The notes: generated by a model not told the origin, from the sequence alone. A stretch of 10,084 nucleotides of DNA from Promethearchaeota archaeon Loki_b31 (GCA_005222975.1 NJBI01000089.1:1-10084); one strand, 5' to 3'; positions 1 through 7,321 are shown, numbered from the stretch's first letter. Translations and numbers: made by a program.

Positions 1-2
1 AA

Positions 3-596
3 CCTGGGACGAGTTTAAAATTGAGTGAAAATGCTAAGAAATTAGCTGAAATGATTGCTAAGGGGTTTTTAGAGGAACTAAAAGTAAGCGAAAAAGAAGA
101 TATAGTTATCGTAGCTAAGACAGAAAGGATGGATTTTTTTGATATTACTGTGGATAAATTCTATTTTCAAGTTCCTAAAGAGGGATATTTCTTCAATGAA
201 AATGATTGTTGGATCAAACCAGATGGTGATAGAGCTCTAATTGGTATTACAGATTATCTACAGAATCAGTCAAGTGATATAATGTTTGTAGAATTACCCA
301 AAATTGGTCAAGAAATTGAACAATTCGATGATGTAGGTTCTTTTGAATCTGTTAAAACAGTATTGCAATTAATATCTCCTGGTTCAGGAAAAATTGTTGG
401 TGTCAATAAAGCGTTAGAAGAACATCCTGAATGGATGAATCAAGATTGTTATCAACAAGGATGGTTTGCAGAATTAGAGTTAAAAAATTTTGAGGAGGAT
501 AAAGAATTACTTATGGATGGTCCAGAATATTTTGAATATATGAAAGAAAAAATATTAAAGGAAAGGGAATTATTAGATAAAGAAAAAGAGGATTAA
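3..596 (+). CDS. gcvH: Lipoyl-carrier GcvH-like protein, 5'-truncated by the window edge, probably an N-terminal DGC-domain fusion
   Basis: H-protein motifs IGITDYLQ, DIMFVELP, FESVKT (lipoyl-Lys codon 354-356), SPGSGKIVGVN and NQDCYQQGW. The frame has no stop from position 3 (PGTSLKLSENAKKLAEMIAKG), so the TTG at 21 is probably not the true start. The H domain begins near ATG 129. Confidence 0.85.
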   Translation, partial: PGTSLKLSENAKKLAEMIAKGFLEELKVSEKEDIVIVAKTERMDFFDITVDKFYFQVPKEGYFFNENDCWIKPDGDRALIGITDYLQNQSSDIMFVELPKIGQEIEQFDDVGSFESVKTVLQLISPGSGKIVGVNKALEEHPEWMNQDCYQQGWFAELELKNFEEDKELLMDGPEYFEYMKEKILKERELLDKEKED

Positions 597-597
597 G

Positions 598-1020
598 ATG
601 AGTGAAAAGAAAGTTTATATTATTCCGTGTAGCGGAATTGGAAAAGTTTTTGGAAGCATTGGCAGAAAAACAGCATATATAGTCGTTAACGAATTAGCGA
701 AGGATAAGACAACTTTAGAATGCTTACCTTTAATAGTAAAAGGTAAAAAGGAAGTCATTGAGGCATTAAAGGAAAATAAAGTAATCGCCTTAGATGGATG
801 CCCCTTAAAATGTTCTTATAATGATTTAATGGAAGCTGTTGGAAAAGTGGATGCTCAGTTTTTGACTACTGATATCGTAAAGGAAAATAGGAGTTTAAAA
901 CCAGAACCTTCAATTATTCCAGTTGGAAAAAATACTAAGCAATTGGCGATAAAATTAGCAGAAAAAGTGGCTGCTGAAGTTGATAAATTATTAGAAGAAA
1001 ACATGGAGAGGGACGATTAA
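598..1020 (+). CDS. DGC-domain putative zinc/metal-binding protein
   Basis: IIPCSG...ECL...IALDGCPLKC four-Cys pattern including the literal DGC motif. Starts 1 bp after the previous stop. Confidence 0.85.
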   Translation: MSEKKVYIIPCSGIGKVFGSIGRKTAYIVVNELAKDKTTLECLPLIVKGKKEVIEALKENKVIALDGCPLKCSYNDLMEAVGKVDAQFLTTDIVKENRSLKPEPSIIPVGKNTKQLAIKLAEKVAAEVDKLLEENMERDD

Positions 1021-1440
1021 ATGAAGAAAAAGGTTGGAATTATTGCTTGTAGTGGTGAAAAATTAGTTGGAGGCACTTTAAGTCGGGCAGCTGCGAGAAT
1101 AGTTGTTGAAAAATTAAGACCAAATAATACGATCATTTTATGTCAACCCTTATTTATGGCAGGTGGGTTAGAAAGGCATGGCGGGCAACAGGAGAGGGAC
1201 TTTGCAAAAAATCATCCAACTATAACAATAGAAGGATGTGAAGAGGATTGTGCTAAAATTGCTGTTGATAAATATAGTGGTAAGCCTACCGCAACCATAT
1301 ACATTCAAGAGATTTTAGACATGCATCCCGAATTAAAGCCAAAATCCCGCGAAGATTTAGGAGAGGATGGTATGAAACTTGCTGAAATAATTGCCGAAGA
1401 AATAGCGCAAAAAGTGGACGAGTTATTTCGAAGTAAATAA
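1021..1440 (+). CDS. Second DGC-family protein (EGC variant)
   Basis: IIACSG...LCQP...ITIEGCEEDCA has the same Cys layout as 598..1020 and a similar C-terminal helix. Directly abuts the upstream stop (TAA ATG). Confidence 0.8.
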   Translation: MKKKVGIIACSGEKLVGGTLSRAAARIVVEKLRPNNTIILCQPLFMAGGLERHGGQQERDFAKNHPTITIEGCEEDCAKIAVDKYSGKPTATIYIQEILDMHPELKPKSREDLGEDGMKLAEIIAEEIAQKVDELFRSK

Positions 1441-1480
1441 TAATGAAGTGAAAAAAATTAAATCTTTATAGAGTATCTAG

Positions 1481-2200
1481 ATGGAAAAGAATAAAATTAA
1501 GGTTGGAATTGTATCTGATGGAAAATATGGTGAAAGAGCTTTTGAAAATATTAAAAATCATTTTAAGGTAGAATGGATATTAGTTCCAGATATCCCTACG
1601 ACAGTTATGTTAGATGATGAAATTGACCTTGATATACCAGAGTGCGAGCTCTATTTATTATATGTGAGGCATCCAGATATCATTCTGGAACTAGTTGGGC
1701 TCCAAAAACCAACGATCTTAGGTATAACACCTGGTCTTGGCTTATTAAAGCAAGCTAGAAATATTAACCCTAAAGTAGTTGGTCCTCGAACCATGTGTTC
1801 CTTAGAACCGAATACAGGAATTCCAGAAATTGATACTTTTGCAAAATATTTTGGAAAACCACTTTTTGAATTAAATTTAGACGATGAGACGAAAGTTTTA
1901 AATGTAAAAGTTTTACGCTCATCCCCATGCGGCTCTTCAGCTGCGGGAGCAAATTTCATGTTAAATAAAAAGTTAACTAAAGAAAATTTTCAGAATTATG
2001 CTTTAACAGTATGTCATGAATGTAGAGCCCCTCGTTTTGGTCATACTTGCGATAAAGAAATATCAGGAATCGTTCACATTCTTTCCTTTATTGATTGTAT
2101 CGATCTTGAAAAAAGATCCATGTTCAATAATGAGTTGCAAGAATTTATTAAAAATTTGAAGCAAGAATACAAAAATAAAACTGAAATGAAAATATTTTGA
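1481..2200 (+). CDS. DUF166-family protein (archaeal, function unknown)
   Basis: GKYGERA N-terminus, HPD, PxxMCSL, FGKP, VLRSSPCGS and CRA motifs, which I recognise as DUF166-type. Confidence 0.75.
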   Translation: MEKNKIKVGIVSDGKYGERAFENIKNHFKVEWILVPDIPTTVMLDDEIDLDIPECELYLLYVRHPDIILELVGLQKPTILGITPGLGLLKQARNINPKVVGPRTMCSLEPNTGIPEIDTFAKYFGKPLFELNLDDETKVLNVKVLRSSPCGSSAAGANFMLNKKLTKENFQNYALTVCHECRAPRFGHTCDKEISGIVHILSFIDCIDLEKRSMFNNELQEFIKNLKQEYKNKTEMKIF

Positions 2201-2322
2201 AATAAAGAGAGAGAAGGATTACAGATTTTTTAGAAAAGAATCTAAACGAATTGTAAGTAGCCTTACATTTAATAATAGTGAAAATACAACAAAATAGAAA
2301 ATTATTTTTGAATACAGGTTTC

Positions 2323-2913
2323 TTAAGCTCTTTCTTTAAGGGGACCCTTATAATATCTACATGTCGGACATCCAAAACATCTTTCTTGTTTAAACGCTCC
2401 GCAATTCTTACAGTCAGCCCCACACGGAGGTTTATCAGCATCTTGATTAATTAATGAAAAATTGAAAGGTAAAAAAAGATCTTCAGAAGGCTCTCTACAA
2501 ATCAAAATATTTGTTTTATGAATTCCCGGCAGTGAATATAGCGTACACGATTTAAGTATTGTTTCTAATGTCCTTTCATTTTCTCCAAAAAACAGTAATA
2601 CAAAGTTGTATTGACCCATCAGTTCATAGTAATAAATTACTCTTGGACATTTTTTATATACCTTTATAAGCGTTTCTAAAGCGTTAGAATCTACTTCTAA
2701 TAATATAAATCCTAACTTAAACTGTAGCTTTGTAAAATTTAGTAATATACTTAATTTAATTAATTTCTTATTTAACAAATTTTCAAATCTATTCTTAATA
2801 GCAACATGAGATAATCCAAGCTTTTTTCCTAATTTTGAGTAATTAACTTTACTATCTTCTTTTATGGAATTTAAAATAGCTAAATTAACTTTATCAAGTT
2901 TAAATTTCTTCAT
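2323..2913 (-). CDS. Lrp/AsnC-family transcriptional regulator with Cys-rich C-terminal extension
   Basis: LDKVNLAILNSIKEDSKVNYSKLGKKLGLSHVAIKNRFENL is an AsnC-type HTH. CPRV...MGQYN is the RAM domain. The tail is PCGADCKNC-x7-CFGCPTC. ATG at 2913 is preferred over TTG at 2931. Confidence 0.85.
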   Translation of the reverse strand: MKKFKLDKVNLAILNSIKEDSKVNYSKLGKKLGLSHVAIKNRFENLLNKKLIKLSILLNFTKLQFKLGFILLEVDSNALETLIKVYKKCPRVIYYYELMGQYNFVLLFFGENERTLETILKSCTLYSLPGIHKTNILICREPSEDLFLPFNFSLINQDADKPPCGADCKNCGAFKQERCFGCPTCRYYKGPLKERA

Positions 2914-2942
2914 TTCGCAATATTTAATCAATGAGTTTTAAG

Positions 2943-2971
2943 TCTTAAAAATTTAATTCTTAAAATTTAAT
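2943..2971. repeat. Short direct tandem repeat upstream of the Lrp gene
   Basis: TCTTAAAAATTTAAT (2943-2957) followed by TCTTAAAATTTAAT (2958-2971). Confidence 0.55.
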
Positions 2972-3023
2972 TCCTATAAGTTATTATATTTAGAATTAAT
3001 TGATAATCAAATTTAAAAAAAAA

Positions 3024-3055
3024 CTTTAATGTCAAACCCCACTCACTCGACAAAA
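3024..3055. repeat. IS terminal inverted repeat (downstream of transposase)
   Basis: CTTTAATGTCAAACCCCACTCACTCGACAAAA. Confidence 0.92.
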
Positions 3056-3059
3056 TAGA

Positions 3060-4709
3060 TTAGGTCCACTCTAGTTGAGTCAAATTATTTTTGAATTGGG
3101 TAAAGTTTCCTGTGTCTTTTTCTCTAATTCTCCACGTTCGTTTTACTGTTGCGTATTGAGCGTTAAATTCTTTCCTTCGGGCTTCAATAAGTGGGGTTTC
3201 ACACGCTAACAACACGCTTGTCACGTTTTTTTTCGTAAAATCGATATCTAATAGCTGGACATGCAGTCCTCCGTGGTTCAGGAATGCTTTTGCGACATTT
3301 TCACGTCCCAAAAGGGCTTTGAAATGATGCTTGCTGCGGTGAAACAGGTGCTCCTTGGCGTTATTGGTAAAATCTAATTCCTCGACATCGTAAGCCTCGT
3401 ATAATCCCTCACTATAAGAATTAACTAACCGAATCCATTGTTGCCATATTTCCTCACAGCTTAACTTGAAAGAATGTTGCCGCCACTTGATGATCTGAGG
3501 AATATATTCCAATTTTCTCCTTTTCAAACGGTTCTGGAGTTTGTAAACCCATTTTTTCACTTCTTTCTCGATTTGAAAAGATTTATTCCCCCTTTTGGCC
3601 AAAATCTTACTAATTTGCTGAAAATCAGGTATCAAGGAGGTTATCTCCTCTCGTAAATGACGATTCGCTTTAAGTAAATTCTTTAATGCTGCAAGTAGAG
3701 CGTTTAATGTGCTAGAAACTTTCGGAGTGAGTTTCATTTCCTCAAATTGTTCCAACCGCGACACAACATATTCTAAATTCGCATAGGTTTCGATTCCCGG
3801 AAACACATCGAATCGATCGCCACGTGTGGAGATGGCACATTTCAGCTCCTCGCTAATGGGACGAAACAACTTGTATAACTCGTTTGAATCGGTATATTTA
3901 CTATTATAGACAATTGAGAGTTGTCTTACAGATTTCCGAAGAGTTTTCTTGAGATGCGAATCTTTCGAAGCAATGAGCTCGGCAAGGTGGTTAAGGAAGT
4001 GGTACTGGCAATACGCATGTGGGATATCTGGTTTGAATTGCTTGACACCATTCACAATGTTTTTTTGCTTGTCGGAAATGATGGCTACGATGGGAACACC
4101 ATAGAGCATTTCAATTTCTCGAAATATAGCACATAACGCGAATGCGGGAGCAGATTCTAAGTTCCTTGCAAGGAGCACGTTTCCCGTGAGGCGATCAGAA
4201 AAGACCCAAAGAGAAGGCTCGTTCTTAACTGGTTGGGCACCATCAAGCGATAAAATGATTCTTCCGCTTGATTGGACCTCTTTTAGGACTTTTTTGTCCG
4301 TATATTGCTTTCCTGCCATTTCAAAAAATTCACAGATACTTCTCACCGTGTTCCTCGAAATTGACACCTCCCAATCGTCCCACATGAGTTCAACGGTGGT
4401 GGAATAATTAATATGATGCTTGAAATGATGTTGTATTACTTTTGCCCATACCTCCAAGGAAAATCGCTTCCGTTGCATAGCAGAATGATATGCTGCTGGA
4501 AATGCTTGGTGCATTTCACACTTAGGATTAATACAGCTATAATAATTGGTCACCACCCATACGGGACCCTTTAAAGTGATAATTTTCTTACCTCCATTAT
4601 TGAATTCGTGTCGAAGTTGCGAAGAACATAAGGGACAGATCAATCCTTCTTTAGAATCCCAATAGGTGTGAATTGTAGCTTTTTTAATTTCAGAAGGTTT
4701 AGCTGGCAT
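3060..4709 (-). CDS. DDE transposase
   Basis: N-terminal CPLC...CINPKC zinc ribbon, LSLDG (D1), ISDKQ (D2), CQYH (CxxH) and TNNAKE (E). ATG at 4709 is preferred over TTG at 4757. Confidence 0.9.
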   Translation of the reverse strand: MPAKPSEIKKATIHTYWDSKEGLICPLCSSQLRHEFNNGGKKIITLKGPVWVVTNYYSCINPKCEMHQAFPAAYHSAMQRKRFSLEVWAKVIQHHFKHHINYSTTVELMWDDWEVSISRNTVRSICEFFEMAGKQYTDKKVLKEVQSSGRIILSLDGAQPVKNEPSLWVFSDRLTGNVLLARNLESAPAFALCAIFREIEMLYGVPIVAIISDKQKNIVNGVKQFKPDIPHAYCQYHFLNHLAELIASKDSHLKKTLRKSVRQLSIVYNSKYTDSNELYKLFRPISEELKCAISTRGDRFDVFPGIETYANLEYVVSRLEQFEEMKLTPKVSSTLNALLAALKNLLKANRHLREEITSLIPDFQQISKILAKRGNKSFQIEKEVKKWVYKLQNRLKRRKLEYIPQIIKWRQHSFKLSCEEIWQQWIRLVNSYSEGLYEAYDVEELDFTNNAKEHLFHRSKHHFKALLGRENVAKAFLNHGGLHVQLLDIDFTKKNVTSVLLACETPLIEARRKEFNAQYATVKRTWRIREKDTGNFTQFKNNLTQLEWT

Positions 4710-4731
4710 TAAATAAAATAAGGATTTAACG

Positions 4732-4746
4732 AAGATAAACCTTTCT
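4732..4746 (-). promoter_or_regulatory. Putative BRE-TATA promoter for a leaderless transposase transcript
   Basis: Minus strand AGAAAGG-TTTATCTT lies about 25-35 bp upstream of ATG 4709, and no SD is visible. Confidence 0.4.
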
Positions 4747-4770
4747 ATTAAGCTCAAAGAGCCTAGTTAT

Positions 4771-4802
4771 TTTTGTCGGGCGAGTGTTGTTTGACATTAA
4801 AG
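4771..4802. repeat. IS terminal inverted repeat (upstream of transposase)
   Basis: Reverse complement is CTTTAATGTCAAACAACACTCGCCCGACAAAA. Confidence 0.92.
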
Positions 4803-4813
4803 AAAAAAAAAAA
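4803..4813 (-). terminator. Oligo-T (T11) archaeal-type terminator candidate for the tusA-dsrH operon, also the IS target
   Basis: T11 on the minus strand, 22 bp after the dsrH stop codon. Confidence 0.5.
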
Positions 4814-4835
4814 TTGGTTAGAAGTTGATTTATTA

Positions 4836-5135
4836 TTACATATTAACAATGGAATCGTTCGCAAAAATTAAATCGACTACTTCATCGTAAGCAATTAATT
4901 TAATTTTATCAGAAATGAAGGTATTAATTCCACGTAGGTCTACATCTTCTTTATTTGCAACAATAGTTACGTTTTTAAAAAGAGCATTTGAAACCATTTT
5001 ATTAGTTTTGTTTGCAAAATAGACAGCGTTTTGAAGCAAAAGAATTGTTACTGCGTCCTCTTCAGTATGTTCTGAAGCAAGCTCTACGCCAGTAATATCT
5101 TCACTTGTAATAAAATACAACACTTTTTTACCCAT
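4836..5135 (-). CDS. dsrH: DsrH/TusB-family sulfur relay subunit
   Basis: ILLLQNAVY, EDVDLRGI and IAYDEVVDL motifs, 99 aa, last of three DsrEFH-like genes. SD AGGAGG upstream. Confidence 0.85.
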   Translation of the reverse strand: MGKKVLYFITSEDITGVELASEHTEEDAVTILLLQNAVYFANKTNKMVSNALFKNVTIVANKEDVDLRGINTFISDKIKLIAYDEVVDLIFANDSIVNM

Positions 5136-5150
5136 ATTTTTTCAAACCTC

Positions 5151-5495
5151 CTAAAATGGTATGGTTACGGTTGAATCCGCAATCATTTTTAATATTTCAT
5201 CATGTTCTTTGATTTCTACAGCGTCTATTAGGTCGTCCTTTGTAAGACCAAGCTCATCAAGCGACTTTTTATCAACAAAAATATCTAAATCGATATTTTT
5301 TATAAACTCGATGTGCATAGAATACATAGTTTTATCGACATCCTTAGTAAAGGTATATACAGCGTCGTTAATTGCAATAGTAATTGGATCAAAGTCAGCA
5401 CTAAGAGCAACCGTCATTCTCAATCCTTCGACAGGATAAAGCGTTCCATGAGGCGGTTGCCGTAAAAGGATAACTACATTTTTTTCTTCTGACAT
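5151..5495 (-). CDS. dsrF: DsrF/TusC-family sulfur relay subunit
   Basis: LRQPPHG...EGLR...DAVY...SLDELGL motifs, no Cys. SD AGGTGA upstream. Confidence 0.85.
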   Translation of the reverse strand: MSEEKNVVILLRQPPHGTLYPVEGLRMTVALSADFDPITIAINDAVYTFTKDVDKTMYSMHIEFIKNIDLDIFVDKKSLDELGLTKDDLIDAVEIKEHDEILKMIADSTVTIPF

Positions 5496-5505
5496 TTTTT
5501 ATCAC

Positions 5506-5868
5506 CTAACTACAAATTACTATAAGTTTATCAGTTTCTTCTATAATCTTCGCGAGATCAGGCGTACCTGCTCGCTTCACATCGCCGCATTCCTTTGTCA
5601 AACAGTTTTTCATAGTACCTCTGACTAAAAGACATAGATTACATAGTCTAACGGTGGCTCCTTTATTTAGTATTTCCCTAAACCCTTCTTCGATGTTAAA
5701 AATACCTTTAATTTTCTTCTGGTTTCCTAATACAGCGTTAACGGCGTCCATATAGCAAAAGATGCGTACATTGATTCCTTTATCTAATGCCACGCTAGAT
5801 ATCTTACAAACCGTTTCAGCAGCTTGCGTTTGGTAAGGTCCATCAAAGAAAAGAATTCCTAGTTTCAT
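5506..5868 (-). CDS. dsrE: DsrE/TusD-family sulfurtransferase
   Basis: GPY, IFCYMDAV and active-site region CNLCLLVRG. SD AAGGAG upstream. Confidence 0.88.
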   Translation of the reverse strand: MKLGILFFDGPYQTQAAETVCKISSVALDKGINVRIFCYMDAVNAVLGNQKKIKGIFNIEEGFREILNKGATVRLCNLCLLVRGTMKNCLTKECGDVKRAGTPDLAKIIEETDKLIVICS

Positions 5869-5894
5869 TATTTTTAAACTCCTTGTATACTATT

Positions 5895-6953
5895 TTATTT
5901 CCTCATGAAAAGAAAATAAGCCAGGAACCAGGCGCCTAGTATAATAAACGCAGTGGAAACTAAACTACCGACAGATAAAAGCGGAACTCCGCTTAGAGTA
6001 TTCCCAATATTACAACCCATTGCAACTACTGCTCCAAAACCCATTGCTAATCCACCAATAAATTGGATTAATAATCTTTTTCCATCTTTAGGGCTTCTTA
6101 ATTTAAATTCACCAGCTATCATCGAACTAATAAAAGCACCTATTACAATACCTACTACTAAGAATACTTCCCAGCTTAATGCTGAATCAAGACCAGTAGT
6201 CCAATATTTGAGCCAACCGATCCATCCACCAGTAATTCCTAAAGCATAATTTCTACCCGTTGCTGCTGAAGATACATATGCAAACAAAGCTAAAATTCCA
6301 ACTGCGATTCCAGTAATAGCCCATGGCCATCCATTTTTAAAAATCTTCTTACCTATATCAGAAAAATCAAACATCTTATTGCCAGCTGTTTTTCTCGATT
6401 TCAACATAGGCAATATCCAAAAGTAGAGTACAACAGCAATCCCAACAATCCCGATTATGAGCATAAATATTGGAGTAAGTTCTGAGCCAAAAACAGTAAG
6501 ATTAGCTTCTGTTCCATCTTCGCTGATTTTATAGGTTTGTAAAATCGTTTTGAATTCTGACCATGCTCCTGATTTGGTAATGTAGGCTCCAATCGAGTAT
6601 CCAAACAAAGCTACTAAGGATCCCATCATACCTTCCCCGACTCTATATGTAGTTCCACTAGCACAACCCGCAGCCAACGTCATACCCATCCCAAAAATAA
6701 ATCCACCTACAATATTTGCTACTGGTGCAAAAGGTTTAGGGTTTAACGTAATTATGTTCCCAAAAGCCATTACTGCAAATCCAAGCATAGAAATTAAAAT
6801 CGCGAGGATTACAGACTTTATAAGAGTGAATTCTTTTAAAACAATAATGTCTCTAAAAGCAGAATTCATACAAAAACGACCGCGTTGTAAAATAATTCCA
6901 AAGATTATTCCTAGAATCAATCCAGGTAATAATACTACCAAAATATCTACCAT
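5895..6953 (-). CDS. yeeE: YeeE/YedE (TsuA-like) thiosulfate/sulfur-compound membrane transporter
   Basis: Multi-TM Gly-rich protein with the three conserved Cys motifs RGRFCM, LAAGCASG and AMGCNIG. SD AGGAGG upstream. Confidence 0.92.
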   Translation of the reverse strand: MVDILVVLLPGLILGIIFGIILQRGRFCMNSAFRDIIVLKEFTLIKSVILAILISMLGFAVMAFGNIITLNPKPFAPVANIVGGFIFGMGMTLAAGCASGTTYRVGEGMMGSLVALFGYSIGAYITKSGAWSEFKTILQTYKISEDGTEANLTVFGSELTPIFMLIIGIVGIAVVLYFWILPMLKSRKTAGNKMFDFSDIGKKIFKNGWPWAITGIAVGILALFAYVSSAATGRNYALGITGGWIGWLKYWTTGLDSALSWEVFLVVGIVIGAFISSMIAGEFKLRSPKDGKRLLIQFIGGLAMGFGAVVAMGCNIGNTLSGVPLLSVGSLVSTAFIILGAWFLAYFLFMRK

Positions 6954-6972
6954 CTCTTTTTCATCCTCCTAT

Positions 6973-7206
6973 CTATTTTATTTTTACTAGGATTTCCCAT
7001 TCTGAATTACCGACTTTATCTACAGAAAGAACTTCATTCCCCATCGATTTTAATGTTTCAGGAATTCGCTCCGCAGAAAGAGGATAATCTATAAGAATCT
7101 TCAGAACTTCTCCTGAACCCATCTTTTTAGCTTTCCTCTTACTTTTAACATCAGGATAAGGACAAACCTCTCCTCTGCAATCTAATATATCGTTTACATC
7201 AACCAT
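6973..7206 (-). CDS. tusA: TusA/YeeD-family sulfur carrier
   Basis: LDCRGEVCPYP motif, GEVLKILID and IP motifs, 77 aa. Confidence 0.93.
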   Translation of the reverse strand: MVDVNDILDCRGEVCPYPDVKSKRKAKKMGSGEVLKILIDYPLSAERIPETLKSMGNEVLSVDKVGNSEWEILVKIK

Positions 7207-7229
7207 TTTTCATCAATCCATATTTTTCT

Positions 7230-7321
7230 TTCATTTTTAATTTTTTTTTTATTAAAATGTTTCATTTTAAATTTTTTTTTATCAAAATATTTCATTTTTA
7301 AATTTTTTTGTATTAAAATAT
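7230..7321. repeat. Three tandem 30-31 bp AT-rich repeats forming phased palindromes (candidate operator array)
   Basis: TTCATTTTTAATTTTTTTTTTATTAAAATGT / TTCATTTTAAATTTTTTTTTATCAAAATAT / TTCATTTTTAAATTTTTTTGTATTAAAATAT. The first junction forms TTAAAATG-TTT-CATTTTAA (7252-7270). Confidence 0.8.

Larger units (their letters stand above)
3024..4802 (-). mobile_element. Complete insertion sequence, 1,779 bp, Mutator/IS256-like DDE type
   Basis: 32-bp TIRs match at 28/32 positions (first 14 identical). Flanked by A9 (3015-3023) and A11 (4803-4813), consistent with a target duplication of up to 9 bp. One transposase ORF, visibly more GC-rich than the flanks. Confidence 0.93.

Noticed and set aside
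21-596. Canonical glycine cleavage operon or a full sHdr-LbpA sulfur oxidation locus
   Set aside because: No gcvT/P/L, hdr-like, lipoate ligase or lipoyl synthase genes are in the window, so neither can be claimed.
2184-2198. AAATGAAAATATTTT at the end of the DUF166 gene resembling the tusA leader palindrome
   Set aside because: A single degenerate copy within coding sequence with different spacing, so likely chance.
1651-2441. Minus-strand ORFs 1651..1959, 1770..1952 and 2148..2441
   Set aside because: They overlap the well-supported DUF166 and Lrp genes and have no recognisable motifs.
3474-4407. Plus-strand ORFs inside the IS (3474..3656, 3921..4136, 4186..4407)
   Set aside because: Antisense shadows of the transposase.
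5161-6990. Plus-strand ORFs 5161..5439, 5953..6249 and 6754..6990
   Set aside because: Antisense shadows of dsrF and yeeE.
598-7206. Selenocysteine recoding in DGC, DsrE, TusA or DUF166 genes
   Set aside because: All motif positions are Cys codons. The TGA ending DUF166 is followed by TAA two codons later, and no SECIS is evident.
7230-7321. 30-31 bp repeats as a mini CRISPR array
   Set aside because: The units are head-to-tail with no unique spacers, are low-complexity and have no cas genes nearby.
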